A DNA stretch of 64,000 nt from Lama glama. Its lineage: Eukaryota. Below are positions 52,709-64,000 of the stretch, in pieces; position 1 is the first letter of the stretch, and every line of letters begins with the position of its first letter. The DNA is taken from assembly GCA_028534125.1 (NCBI GenBank), contig CM052817.1, positions 58,840,001 to 58,904,000 of the forward strand, written 5' to 3'. The notes beneath the pieces were generated by a model, which saw only the letters and a list, made by a program, of their open reading frames with translations, made no database searches and had not been told where the DNA came from. Both the position numbers and the translations under genes were made by a program.

Positions 52709-55700
52709 CATAGATTTTTTAAAATGTCTTACTTAACCCAGGCGTGAGAATTAGCTCTGTTAAAACATTTCAAATTCAGAGCCTCAATAAACCACAAGAG
52801 GCCTAATAAAAGTCTGAGTTTAAGCCCAGAATATATTGAATGTATCTTCTCCTTAAAAAGAAAAAACAAAAGTCGCTTTCATGGATATTTTAGATAATGA
52901 ATAGACTGAAAGTGTATTCCAATATACAGGCACTTGATATCTGTCTATCCATTTATTTCTATAATGGGAGAAAAAAGCTATGGATAAATTATAGTGAGAT
53001 CTATAGATAATTTCTATCTAAAAGTAAATTTTCCATATATAATGTTTTTAAAATACTTTTTCCTAATAAGATAATGCAAATTCACTGTCATAAGTGTAGG
53101 TAATAGGTATAAACAAAACATATAAAATAAATCCATAAAATTCAACATCCAAAGATACCATTGTTAACCCTCCAACGATTAGGAGGCTGTTTTCTATTTT
53201 CCTTGTTTATTTACACAAGAACACTTAGAAAGGGAAATTTAGAAGGAGAAACATACCATAACCCCAACACACTGTCCATCTTTCAGTATTTTTCCTTTCA
53301 CATGTTTTCCTAGTTCTTTATGTGTAAATGTAATATACACTCATATTTGTATTTTTATACTTTACAATAATGAAAATTTCTAAACATTTGTCAATTCCAC
53401 ATTAGCAAAAGCATTTCAGTGGCTTAATACCATAAAGTAGCTTAAATAATCATAGAAGGAAAGTAAGTGATAATTTCAAATGTGAAATTTATGTGGCCCT
53501 AAAATAAAATATGTGCTATTTTATTTATTAGGAAATAGTCAAAATTTAGAATGATATGGTACTTTCAAAGTTTCACATATTCAATTATAGAATGGACAGG
53601 ATGAGAATGGATGTTTTATATGAATGCTATTGAAGACTGGCAGACAATGGAGATAAGAACTATTTTGTCACGGTTTTGAGATTATCAGCTATGCTGTCTC
53701 TGTTTACTAACCATGTAGCACTATGTACTTCATAGAAGAGTACTCAACACAAGTATGAACGGTAATAAAGTAAAAAGATTAATCTAAGATTGAAGATACA
53801 GTGGCTGGATGCAAAAAAACCTAGACAAGTTAGGTTTTTCAGGATGTATTTTTGTTGTCATTCAGGAGAATAGAGTCACGAAAGCAAGAATGTCTAGGAA
53901 GATGCTTTACGACAAAGATAATTTATCCTCAGTTTGGCAAGAGTTCTTTGTAATTGACTCAGTCCCTGCTTCTGCTGTCTTCCCCTGGATAGCAACAAGC
54001 TGAACCATGTGTCCTCTTACACAAAGTACAGTCAGAGACAGGTGCTCGGCCAAAAAGCTATGGTGCTTTCAAATTTGAATCTGCAAATAATCCACAAATC
54101 CTCATGATGCCTCTCTCAAATTACCAAGGGCACCATATGGATAAAATAAGTCCAGGCAATATATGAGAGAGAATTGAGGGATCCTGAAAAATCTGAATTT
54201 AATCAGCTTGACTATTCAGGAGACTGTCCTCCTCCTCTTTTGAAACAGGTTCCTGTAACCGTACTGACCATGTGCCAAATAATCAGCCTCCCCTCGTTTG
54301 TCATTCTGCTGCAGGTGCATTTCCTCAGAAAGGCCACGAGCTTAAGTATTATCATTCACACAGAGATCAATTTCTTTTGACAGCAAAGTGTTGCAGGCAC
54401 AAATTTGCATTTGCAGTGTGGTGATTTTTTAAAAAAATTCTACAATTTGGAGATTTTGAATGCCCTTGCTGCTTCTTTTACTGCCTTTGCTATCCTTTAT
54501 ACATTCTGAGGCTGAAAAGAAAACTTTCAGTTCTACTAAGCATTACCCAGTTGTATTTATTTTGTAAAATTGTTTTGAATTTAATAAAGTATTTCCCAGC
54601 TCAGGGTAGTTCTGTCTCCTGGGTAATGATCAAGTATGTACCGATTGGTCATGGTTAATCAAAGAATTACACAAATGTATTAGAACCAAATGTTTAATTC
54701 AATCAAGCGAATAGTTCTTGCACCCTCACTAGATCTCAGGTATTGCTATGGATGCAATGGAATATTGATGCACCTCAGATGTCAAAAATCATATTGCTTT
54801 TGGGCATATATAAGGTCACATTAACATAAATGCTCAAATTCCCATTGCACTTACAACACTCCTGGACCCTTAGCCCTTTTGAAAAGTGCCCCAATAAAAT
54901 ATTTATGGCAGATGCCCAAGAATCTAAGTGTTGAGTTTAATCCTGTTAGTCCTGTGGCTGGTCTCCCACGTGAAACCAACGGGCTCTCTTGTGAGAATGC
55001 TGCTCTTCCAGTAAAATCTGCTTTGATCCAGTCTTATATGTTTCCTCCTCAATTATTTCCTTCAGTTTTGGCCTCTCTAATCCCTCTCTGCAGGGCTCAC
55101 AACAAAAACATCCACATCCATGACATCCTTTTGTAATATTAGTGTAAATATTAGACTGTCCCTCATTTCGTGAGGCTCTTATACTCAATTCTATTCGCTC
55201 TTCCAACTTAAAAAAAATTAATGTGCACATTTTACAAAGATAGATAAAGTATTGACGTTTATATCTGTCACTTCTTGAACTTTCTTCAGGCTCACCTGAA
55301 GCCTCTCCCACCAAACAAAAGTAATTCATACTTTAGTGGTCTAACTGGGGTTGTTACTAGACGTGAGCATCATATATGATTGGGAAGGTAAAACGTGAGT
55401 GACTCATTTTGGAGAAGAAAACGATAAACAAGAAATGTTTGGTTCTAATCCCAAGGGTCAAATAAGATGTTGCATTGGGGAGAGCATTATAGTTGAGGAT
55501 AGAAGAGTGAGTTAGATTTTGAGTTAATTTAGAGATCGGAAAGTGGAGTGATGAGCTCTGTTTACTTAGGTTAGAGTACAGAAGACAGAGAAGTGAAAGG
55601 GCCTGTAACTCCAAATTTCTGAATGTTCTCTGGGTAGAAGGCTGAGGGGAAAGCCACTGTGTGAAAGCAGAGTTAGCCTAGACCCAGACTGTGATGATTT

Positions 55701-55769
55701 TAAATGCTTTGTATTCTATACCCAACATTGTGAATTTTCTCAGGGACATCACCAGGAATTCCGAATAGA

Positions 55770-56256
55770 ATGATTTATTTATGTTTCAAGTAATAGAGGA
55801 AGACCTGACTGAAAGAGAAACTAGGACATTTATTATCTTATACAACAAGAAGGCGTAGGGATAAGGTGGATTTGGGAATGGTAAACTGAATCATTCCGTG
55901 AAAACATTCCTTTAACTCCACTTAGGTGCAGTTCTTTTCCCTCATTATTTCTGTGTGGTTGAATTAATTTCAAGCATCACATTCACAGTCAAGTGTCCCA
56001 AAGTAGAGGTTTAAGCTTTTTTCTCTCATGTACTTTATTAAGAACATTGCCTAGAAATTTTACCCAATAGACCCCCTCCTCTTGTGTCAATGGCCAAAAT
56101 CCTTCCATAAATCTGTTTAGAAAATGATCACTAATACGAGATTGAAATTGTGATTCCCATATTTCCCAATATAAGACGCCACCTGATACTGAACAAAATC
56201 ATGGTTATATTAGCAAGGAAGAAATTGGGAGAAGGATAACCAGCTATGTCTGACTA
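55770..56256 (-). mobile_element. MLT1 (MaLR) LTR, old subfamily
   Basis: Minus strand begins ..gtcagacatagctggtt..ttcttccttgctaatataaccatgattttgttcag, typical of the MLT1J/L 5' end. Confidence 0.65.
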
Positions 56257-57904
56257 AGAAATAACAAGATGAGGGCTGCATTTTAGAGAACTAACTATGG
56301 AAATAGAGTTTTGGGTAAGTTAGAGGATGTAAAGTCTAGAAACCAAGAAATCATAAGAGTTTAATGCAATAATAATGTAAGAGAAAATGGAAATGTAAAC
56401 TAAGGCGTGGAATGAAAATTAGTGGGCAGAGTGATGGGTAAAGAAGAATTTCAAATAAAGCACAGACATCACCAGTGGTCTCTTAGACATGAGATGACCC
56501 CAGAGTTGAAAATGGAAATTTAGTAATATCATTAACTGAGCTGATAAAAACAAGGGTAGAATAGGGAGAAATGGTTACTATGTGCATGCTGGTATGCTGA
56601 TCATTACCTTGAGAAAATGATGAATACATTCTCTTTCATCTGCATTGAGAAACTTAACTAGAAACTGTATTGATTAGGAACTTTAAAATTCTAGACATGA
56701 AGGTTTTCCTTAGAAGTGAATTTATTCTTTATATGTTGTCTTTTTTCAATACCTCTTTAAATTCAGTTCAAGAAATGTTTTATGAATAATTATTTTAATA
56801 AAGGTTACTGACAATATAAACAGAGCTCTAACTCGTCTCAGGTATATAGTTTTAACAAACACTTTGAATACTTATCATTTAAGAAAAATTAAGAGTATGC
56901 TAGCAGTACAGAGAAGGTAATGTAGTTATAGCTGTCATATTTAAGTACAATTTCAATTGATTTGAAAAATTATCAGACCCTATGTCAGCAGACTTGAAGA
57001 AATTTTTTTAATAAAGAACAAAATTCAAATTGCCTAATTTGATTTATTTTAAATGCATAAATTAATATTCAGCGGCAAAGAATCACTGTTTCAATCAAGC
57101 CTTTATAATTAACCGACGTTCATAGTATATCCTCCAACCTGAAATAGAGACTCTCCAGCTTATATCTAAATTCCATAATATTCCGCACTGTGACTAGATA
57201 AAGGAAACTGTTTTATACCTGAACAGGTTCTTGTCTTTCCTAAAGATTTATCATGGTGATCTGCTTTTTTTCTTTCCTTTGTAGCTTCTTTCCTTCTTAG
57301 TCCTCTTGGTGACTTCTGTCTCTTTCACATCGCTTCTCATCTTTACATTGTGTAATATTTTATAGCATGTATGTAAAATTCTATCACAAAATGAATTTAA
57401 TATGTTTAATAGTCTCAATTAATCCATACCTCTCTGATCCTTTCAAAGGCTTACTTGGTATATGACTGAACAGCTGACTAAAAAAGCCTTGCATGGTGCA
57501 AGAGAGGCCCTTACCTATTTTCCCACTGTTGGAAAGGAAATAACCAATTTTTTATATGAATTGCTAATGTTAATAATGACTAGTTAAAGATCTGAACGTA
57601 AGATAAAAAGTTGGGAGAATTAAATTGCTCTCAGTTATTATTTAAGCATATCATTTCAGTTAAAATATTTTATATACCTAATTTTCTTTCCATACCTCTA
57701 TCTAAAACTCTGATACATCATGAAAAGACATGAAATAGACATTCACGTACTATATTTACAAAAATAATAAAAATGAGTAATTCTTGTGGATATGTATATT
57801 TGTGTATGTATATTAGAGAAAACAAACACATAATTCTTGTGGATCTGAATGTGTACACATGTTTTAAAGAAAACAGTGCTTAAGAGACTTACTTTGGTTC
57901 TGAA

Positions 57905-58232
57905 ACAATGGTGTGAATAACAGAATAATAACATCTAATATACCACCCATATTCAAATTTTCCTGACTGTCCTCAAAATGTCATTTGTAGCTATTTTAAT
58001 TTTATTTTTTCAGTGTGAGCTCTAGTTAAGACTCATGTATTGTATTTAGTTTTCATGGTACTTTAATCTCCCTTCATCTAAATAATCCTTCCCACCTTTA
58101 CATATCCCTGATGTTAATATTTTTGAAGATTCCAACTCTGTTGTTGTGTAGAACATGTCTCAATCTGGCTCTGTCTCATAGTTTCCTCATCATTGGATTC
58201 AGTCTATTTGTGGCAAGAACATTACATAGGTG
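57905..58232 (-). mobile_element. L1MC (L1MC4/5-like) 3' UTR segment, inverted
   Basis: Reverse complement reads ..cttcaaaaatattaac..aactaaatacaatacatgag..atagctacaaatgacattttgaggacagtcaggaaaatttgaatatgg.., characteristic of the L1MC 3' UTR. Confidence 0.7.
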
Positions 58233-58522
58233 GTATGTATACAAGCAACAGATAATATACTTATTCTTAGGAGATACTTCACACTTAAATAATTCAGCAT
58301 GTATCACGTGTGCAACTACTTTCAGATGGTTCAGCAAAAGGAAAAAAACTGTACATGTATGTATTTGTCTGTATCTCTCTAGAGAGAGATTTGAAAAAAA
58401 ATAATCAGATACAGAGTAAGAGATAAAGCGAGTACTAACAATGGGTGAATCTAGACAATGATCATTGAACTAGTTCTTTTAACTTTCCAGTAGTTGTGAA
58501 ATATTTCCAAGAAAAAGCTGTG
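58233..58522 (+). mobile_element. L1MC (L1MC4/5-like) extreme 3' end
   Basis: cttattcttaggagatac..tgcaactactttcagatggttcagcaaaa..gataaagc..ggtgaatctag..tgaaatatttccaagaaaaag. Confidence 0.72.
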
Positions 58523-58579
58523 GAAACAATGGGGTAGGAGCGTGAGAGGAACAACAAACACGATAGAGAGTTGGTACAC

Positions 58580-58760
58580 TGAGATAGAACAGCCATTCAG
58601 CCACTTGCTGGCTCTGTGATTTTGGATAAATCACTAAAAATATCTGAGCTCATATATCTCAACTTGAAAATGAGTATGAAAATACTGAGTTTATATGCTG
58701 TGTTAAAGATTTAAAAAGATACCAGATACCAAAGCTTTTTACACAGCAGAGCTGACTGTA
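58580..58760 (+). mobile_element. MIR
   Basis: gccacttgctggctctgtgattttggataaatcactaaa..tctgagctca..aaaatgag. Confidence 0.7.
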
Positions 58761-59209
58761 GAACAACAAACAACTGCGGGCTCTTCTCAGACTGAAAGCC
58801 CAGTGCATTCTAATGCCTTACTTCAGAAGGATCTGGGAAATGAGTAAGAGATAAATTCATCATTCTGAAAAGTGACAGAAGTTTAAATTGGTTTGTTGTT
58901 CTGTTAGAGAAATGAATTTTGCATTGTTTAAATGACCTTGGTGACTGTAAACAAAATGACATTCAAGGGTAACTAGCGTCTAGTTTGTTAATTTGGGAAA
59001 TTTAAAAACAGACAAATGTAAGATGTATGAGTACAGTGTATGAAAGGTCATAGAGGGCATTAATGTAAACATGTGAATAATGCAGCGCTGAATCTAAATT
59101 AGGAAACTGACAATAGGCCATGTAAATGCTAACATTATAGCAGTAGAGAACTCCCTCTAACTTTAGATTGATTTCACAATTTTCCTGAAATCCGAGTGAG
59201 GTCTGAAGA

Positions 59210-59480
59210 AATGATTCATTCTGTGGGTAGATATTTATCGAACACCTTTTTTTCCTTCTAAGCCCTCTGTTCGTGTTGCAGTATGAAAATGAGTGCAATG
59301 AACCTCCCTGCCATCAAGGAGTTCACAGTCAAGTGGAGCAGACATATATAGGTGATTACACTGATGTCTTCCCTTGGGGTAACTACTGGCTTTGGGAGCT
59401 CATTTCCAAGCAACATCTAAATATTTCTTCGAGTATTGAGACAGTTTTGTGAAAGTAGTTAGATTTAAGCTGAGATAGAA
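59210..59480 (-). mobile_element. L2 3' end
   Basis: attcattc..atatttatcgaacacct..ccctgccatcaaggagttcacagtcaagtggagcagacat. Confidence 0.65.
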
Positions 59481-60084
59481 CTTTTGGCTTGGAACAGATG
59501 ATTTCATATCTAAAAGGGGGAAAAATAAAACTACTCATGACCTTAAAATACATGACCTTTTAGAGACTTAGGGCTCTTTTACTCTTAGTTTTTTATACAT
59601 TCTAGGTCAACAGTTAATAAGAAAATGTATACTGAAATAAGTTCCTGTTAGGAAGTTTATTAGCTGTAGGTTTGTATTTCTTGGGGATAGAATCCTTGCT
59701 GTCAGATTGGGTTGGGGCTCATCTATGTTTGAAACAAATTCACTAGCATACTGAAGCTAAACTACGCTATTTCAAATTTTATTTAAAAGAGTGAAGAGTC
59801 TTGGGTGTTGTTATTCAAGTAAAAGTTTTTGCTTTTGTTCTTCCTCTTTCTCTTTTTGTATTGTCCTTTCTTCTCTTAAAAAAAAATTAATTGGTTTTAT
59901 TCTTTTCTTCTTCCATTCCAGTCCCTTTCCCTTCCCTTCCATTCTTTTGAAGTAAGGTCTGATGAGCCAGGAACAAAGAGGGTTCAGTTGTCGTGATCCT
60001 CAGTGGGCCTGAGGAGTCATTCATTGGAGTGAGGAAACAAGTGATGGAGTCAGAGATTAAGTTACACAGGATATGTGCAAGCAA

Positions 60085-61020
60085 ATAAATGTATTGATAA
60101 TGGGCATTGATTTCTCACTGTTAGAGAAGAGATTTACAAATATGGAACTAGTGAAGGCAGATTGACAGATTGACATCTGTGGTGTTGGGTTGGACTTGCA
60201 GGCATTGATATGAACTTTTGGTTTTGAATAGACAGAAAAAATATTGATGTAGATGGATGTCTGTCTGTGTGTGGGGTTCTACATACACCTATTTCCTAGC
60301 TTTGCTTTTGAGAGGACCAAAAGCAATGACATCCAGAAGCAATGTTTTCACCAAGTACCCATTTCTTAAATACCACTCTCTACTCAAAGACTTGCAGGTA
60401 CTTGGAGGAATCTCTAGTTATAGGGGCAGGGTAGTGAAAGTTCAAGATGAGTCTGTATACCACCTTGTTTTACAAACCAGTGCTCATAAGATGATGAAAA
60501 AAAAAAAAGGTAGGAGTCAGCCTAAAGAGTTTTCACGGAGCAAATAGTGGAAAATTTGAGCATCAAATACTGATAATAACAGATTATTACCTGTTGAATA
60601 AAATAAAAACACTTGAGTCCCTATTTGCATAAAGAAATAAATATTAATTAAACAGGGAGAAGGGAAACCCTTACAGTAGAACACTGGCTAATAAATATAG
60701 AAGGAATGGTGAATTTGAAAATCACTATTTGACAGACAACCAATATACCAATAATTTATTTAGATAAGAATTGTCAATGAGTGCTAACCAGATAGTGAAA
60801 ATACGTTGAGAATAGAATAATCTTAGAATCTCAAAAGAGCACCCCACATTTACTTGTTAATTATGAAGAGAAATGGTAACTGCAGTGATGGTTGAAACCA
60901 TCATCTTAAACAAAGCATCACTAGTAATGCGACAGTTTGACATCATTTTTGTAATACACCTAACAAAAGTGCAGAATCAGACTAATCATAAAGAGATGTC
61001 AGGTAAACTAAAATTGAGAA
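60085..61020 (+). mobile_element. L1MC3/L1MC4-like 3' UTR fragment
   Basis: gatttctcactgttagagaag..atttcctagctttgc..aataccactctc..ccttacagtagaacac..tttgaaaatcac..cagactaatcata. Confidence 0.7.
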
Positions 61021-61227
61021 GTACGAGTGGGTACGAGTAGGGACCCTGGGTGCTGTGTGAAGGCAGTTATTTATATTGTTTTTCCTCTTGTCAGTATAGG
61101 TTAACATCTCCTAGTTCACTTATAAAACCTCTCACCACCTCCATAGAGTCGTAATGTGTTCCAAATATGGAATTATAGGCAAAGAGATTTCTTTGCCTTT
61201 TTGAAATTATTAACAAAATTTAACCAA

Positions 61228-61385
61228 GTCTTCTTTCCCCTTTATTTCTCTCTCATTTCTCCCTTTCTTCTGCCTTTTTTCTCCTTTTCTTAGCCTTCGC
61301 TTCTGACTTCCTTTCATTTTTCTTCTCATCTTCCTATATTTATTCCTAAAATTTTACTGTTGCTTTTTTAGCTCTTTCCTGCCAC
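61228..61385 (+). repeat. Low-complexity polypyrimidine (TC-rich) tract
   Basis: About 150 nt dominated by C/T. Confidence 0.8.
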
Positions 61386-62247
61386 TTTATCCCATTTGAC
61401 ATGAATAAAACTAATGGAGATACATTTAAAAACACCAAATAAAAAATGCAAAAACTGTGTTTCGTTGCTAATTCCTAATTCCTGTCTTAAACATGTGTGG
61501 ATTTGTGTGTGTATTTATGTATATTATTATATGATCACTATCTTATCTGACTTTAGGAAATTGAGATTGAGTTTTTGTTCTTTTGAATGATTTCCTGCAA
61601 ATTATTTATTTTCTCCATATCTTAATTTCTACAATTTCAGAATATAACTAATGAAATCTGAATCTTTTTTTTAAATGGTCTTATGTGTTACATTGATGAC
61701 TATGAACTTATAAGATACAGTCTGTTTTTAATTGTGTACAGCAGTCATCAGTTCATTATAAATGAACAAGATTAGGAAATCATAATATTGGAAATCACAA
61801 GTCCCAAAGATTTGATAATCCCTGCAATAGTCATGAGGCCACATTTCAAAGAGGCCTCCAAAACTTCAAATCCGATCTCATGGGATTCTATGTGTTCATT
61901 AAATTCTTTCCCACATTAAATTGCCAATTAATGGAAGTGATACCCAGGCAAACTCACCACGTCCAAGATTCAGTAGCAGATATCAGATTAGGTGTCTCCT
62001 CCTTTTTTCCAACCAATTTATAAGGATTTATTATAAAAAGTACTTGTCTACCTTATTAAAGAAGTTAAATTCAAATAAATGGTGTGGTGACAAGTATTTT
62101 TACTTTGTACTATGAATCTATTCAAATGTATTTTGTTGTAAATATATTCTGATTGGTTGTTAAATTGTTTGAAGCACTTTCTAGGACACAAATATAAAAT
62201 TTCACATGTTAACATCAGTATGCTAAATCCCAAGTGATCTTACTCCA

Positions 62248-62292
62248 TTTTTTAAACTTTTTTTTAACTTTTTTTTTTTTTTTTTACTTTTT
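62248..62292 (+). repeat. T-rich low-complexity tract
   Basis: ttttttaaacttttttttaactttttttttttttttttacttttt. Confidence 0.9.
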
Positions 62293-63299
62293 AAACTAAA
62301 GCAATAGTTTGGGAAAAGAAAGTGATTGGGAGAGGTAGCGATAGGTTAAAATAAATACTGTTAAAGAAGTGTCTTTGTAAGCCTTTTGCAAATCTATCAT
62401 TATGTGATGAAGACTTTAGGGAAAATGGCAGAAATGGAGATAAAATTGCTAGATTTGAGATTAAATACAGGCACATAGGGAAAATGATCCAAGCACTATT
62501 AATTGTCTATTTTGTGCTCAGCATAGTGCCGTATGCTTTCCTCAGAACAGCCATTTGAGAAGGATTTATTTCTTTAATTTGTGGAAGAAGCAAATTTGAA
62601 TGAGAGACTGAGTAGTATTTCTGAATGTTCTACCTGGGATTTGCATTTTTTCTTTTAACAAGTTTTAAGCAGAAAGAAAAAAATGGAAAGAGAAGAATCC
62701 AGAAAAGGGTATAAATGTATTCATTGCAGTAGGGATCTTAGGAATGAAGTATTGGAATCCCAAAGTGTTCTGATTAATACAAGCTATCTTTCAACACCTC
62801 TGGCAAAATGCATAGAAAATTAACACAAAAATTTGAAGTCACATTTAAGAGCAGAGTTGATAAGTACAACTTAGGAAACTAAATTTAGAAAATGATAAAC
62901 TAAACAGTTACCTAAGGTCTAATATAGATTTGTGGAAGCAAGAAGAACAGTGATTAAAACTAAGAGTGACACAATTGATTTCCTAAAATCCTTTTGTATA
63001 AATTTGCCAGCTACTATTTTTTAGCTGGCCTCTTGAGACTAGTTTCCTTTATAGCTTCTTGTTTTGAGAAAGGAGAAAGTTCTTATTCATGAGTAAAGTT
63101 AGCTGAGGAGAAATTACATGTGCCCTGGGATTAAGTAAAATATTTCTTACTGAGTTTGTAAAATGAAATGACTTCTTAAATAGTTCTTCCACAGGTGTAC
63201 AGAAATTCTGAAAAATCATGCTTTATTCCTAATATTGTAAGTGAATTTTTTTAAATTTAGATATCAGGTCTTTTTTTCAAATTAAACAAATTACTTTCC

Positions 63300-64000
63300 T
63301 CCTTTTGGTGCTCTGAGACCCAGCTGCACTGTGTGTGTTGGGGGATGGGGGTGGTGCACACAGTTTCCCATACAACACCAAGCAATTCTCAGACACAAGA
63401 AGATAGAATTGGATTCCAAAAGTAAAGGGATCATTCTCTCAAGACCACCCTCCACTTCAGAGGCCAGTCATAAACTCAGGTTGTTACCTGTGCTTCTGAC
63501 TGGCTACAAATGAGAGGGTCCCACTACCTCTTCCTTGGGTTCAGTTAATTTGCTAGAACAGCTCACAGAACTTAGGAAAACCCATTTACCCACTAGAGTG
63601 CCAACTGATTACAAAGGATTTTAAAGCATATGAATCAACAGTCAGATGAAAAGATACATAGGGTGAGGTCCCTGTCAAAGGAGCTTCTGTCCTTGTGGTG
63701 CTTGGGGCCTGGCATGGTGGCACTGGAAGCTCCTCGAACCCCTTCCTTTTGGGTTTTTACAGAGGCTTCATTATGTAGACTTGATTGATTAACTCATTGG
63801 CCATTGGTGATTGAATCAAACGGTAGCCTTTCTCCTCTCCCCGGAATTCATGGAGTGAGACTGAAAGTTCCAACCCTCTATTCACAGTCGATATCCCTGG
63901 TAACCAGCCCCTGTCCTTAGGTGCTTTGCAAAAGTCACTTTCATTTATATAAATCCAGTTGTGGTGGAGAGGGCTTGTTATGTAAAACAAAACATCTCTC
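63300..64000 (-). mobile_element. MER21-family LTR (runs off the window end)
   Basis: Minus strand contains the MER21 core AGAGGGTTGGAACTTTCAG..CACCAATGGCCAATGAGTTAATCAATCAAGTCTACATAATGAAGCCTCTGTAAAAACCCAAAAGG..GGTTCGAGGAGCTTCC. Confidence 0.85.

Noticed and set aside
52460..52720. Possible TSD around the short L1 fragment (cctacgtacattttt / cccacatagattttt)
   Set aside because: 3 mismatches in 15 nt, with part of the match a T-run. Too weak to assert.
54879..55614. ORFs of 85-127 aa on both strands
   Set aside because: No recognisable domains or splice context.
59959..59995. CTGATGAG hammerhead core motif
   Set aside because: No stem II followed by GAAA, and no flanking stems I/III were found.

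Overview
AT-rich, CpG-poor mammalian genomic DNA that is almost entirely intronic. The only convincing coding feature is a 45-nt, phase 0/0 exon on the + strand (27912-27956, GLNLKRLEAVQGGRE) with canonical splice signals. I recognise it from memory as a late internal exon of CCSER1/FAM190A, so the window would lie within two very long CCSER1 introns. The rest is interspersed repeats: four lineage-specific 5'-truncated L1 3' ends (all antisense, two with visible target-site duplications), ancient L1M/L1MC, L2, MIR, MLT1, MER77/MER68-like and MER21-like LTRs, and a MER5-like element. The L1 3' ends, plus no recognisable Alu, B1/B2, Bov-tA, PRE1 or SINEC, suggest a camelid (inference). Long ORFs in the track are L1 ORF2 remnants or noise. 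No novel system can be demonstrated from sequence alone. The best leads are a CpG-retaining, purine-rich candidate fossil exon (33946-34507), candidate recursive splice sites, a box C/D motif cluster and a twin-primed L1MC inversion. Repeat families and boundaries were assigned by eye and are approximate.
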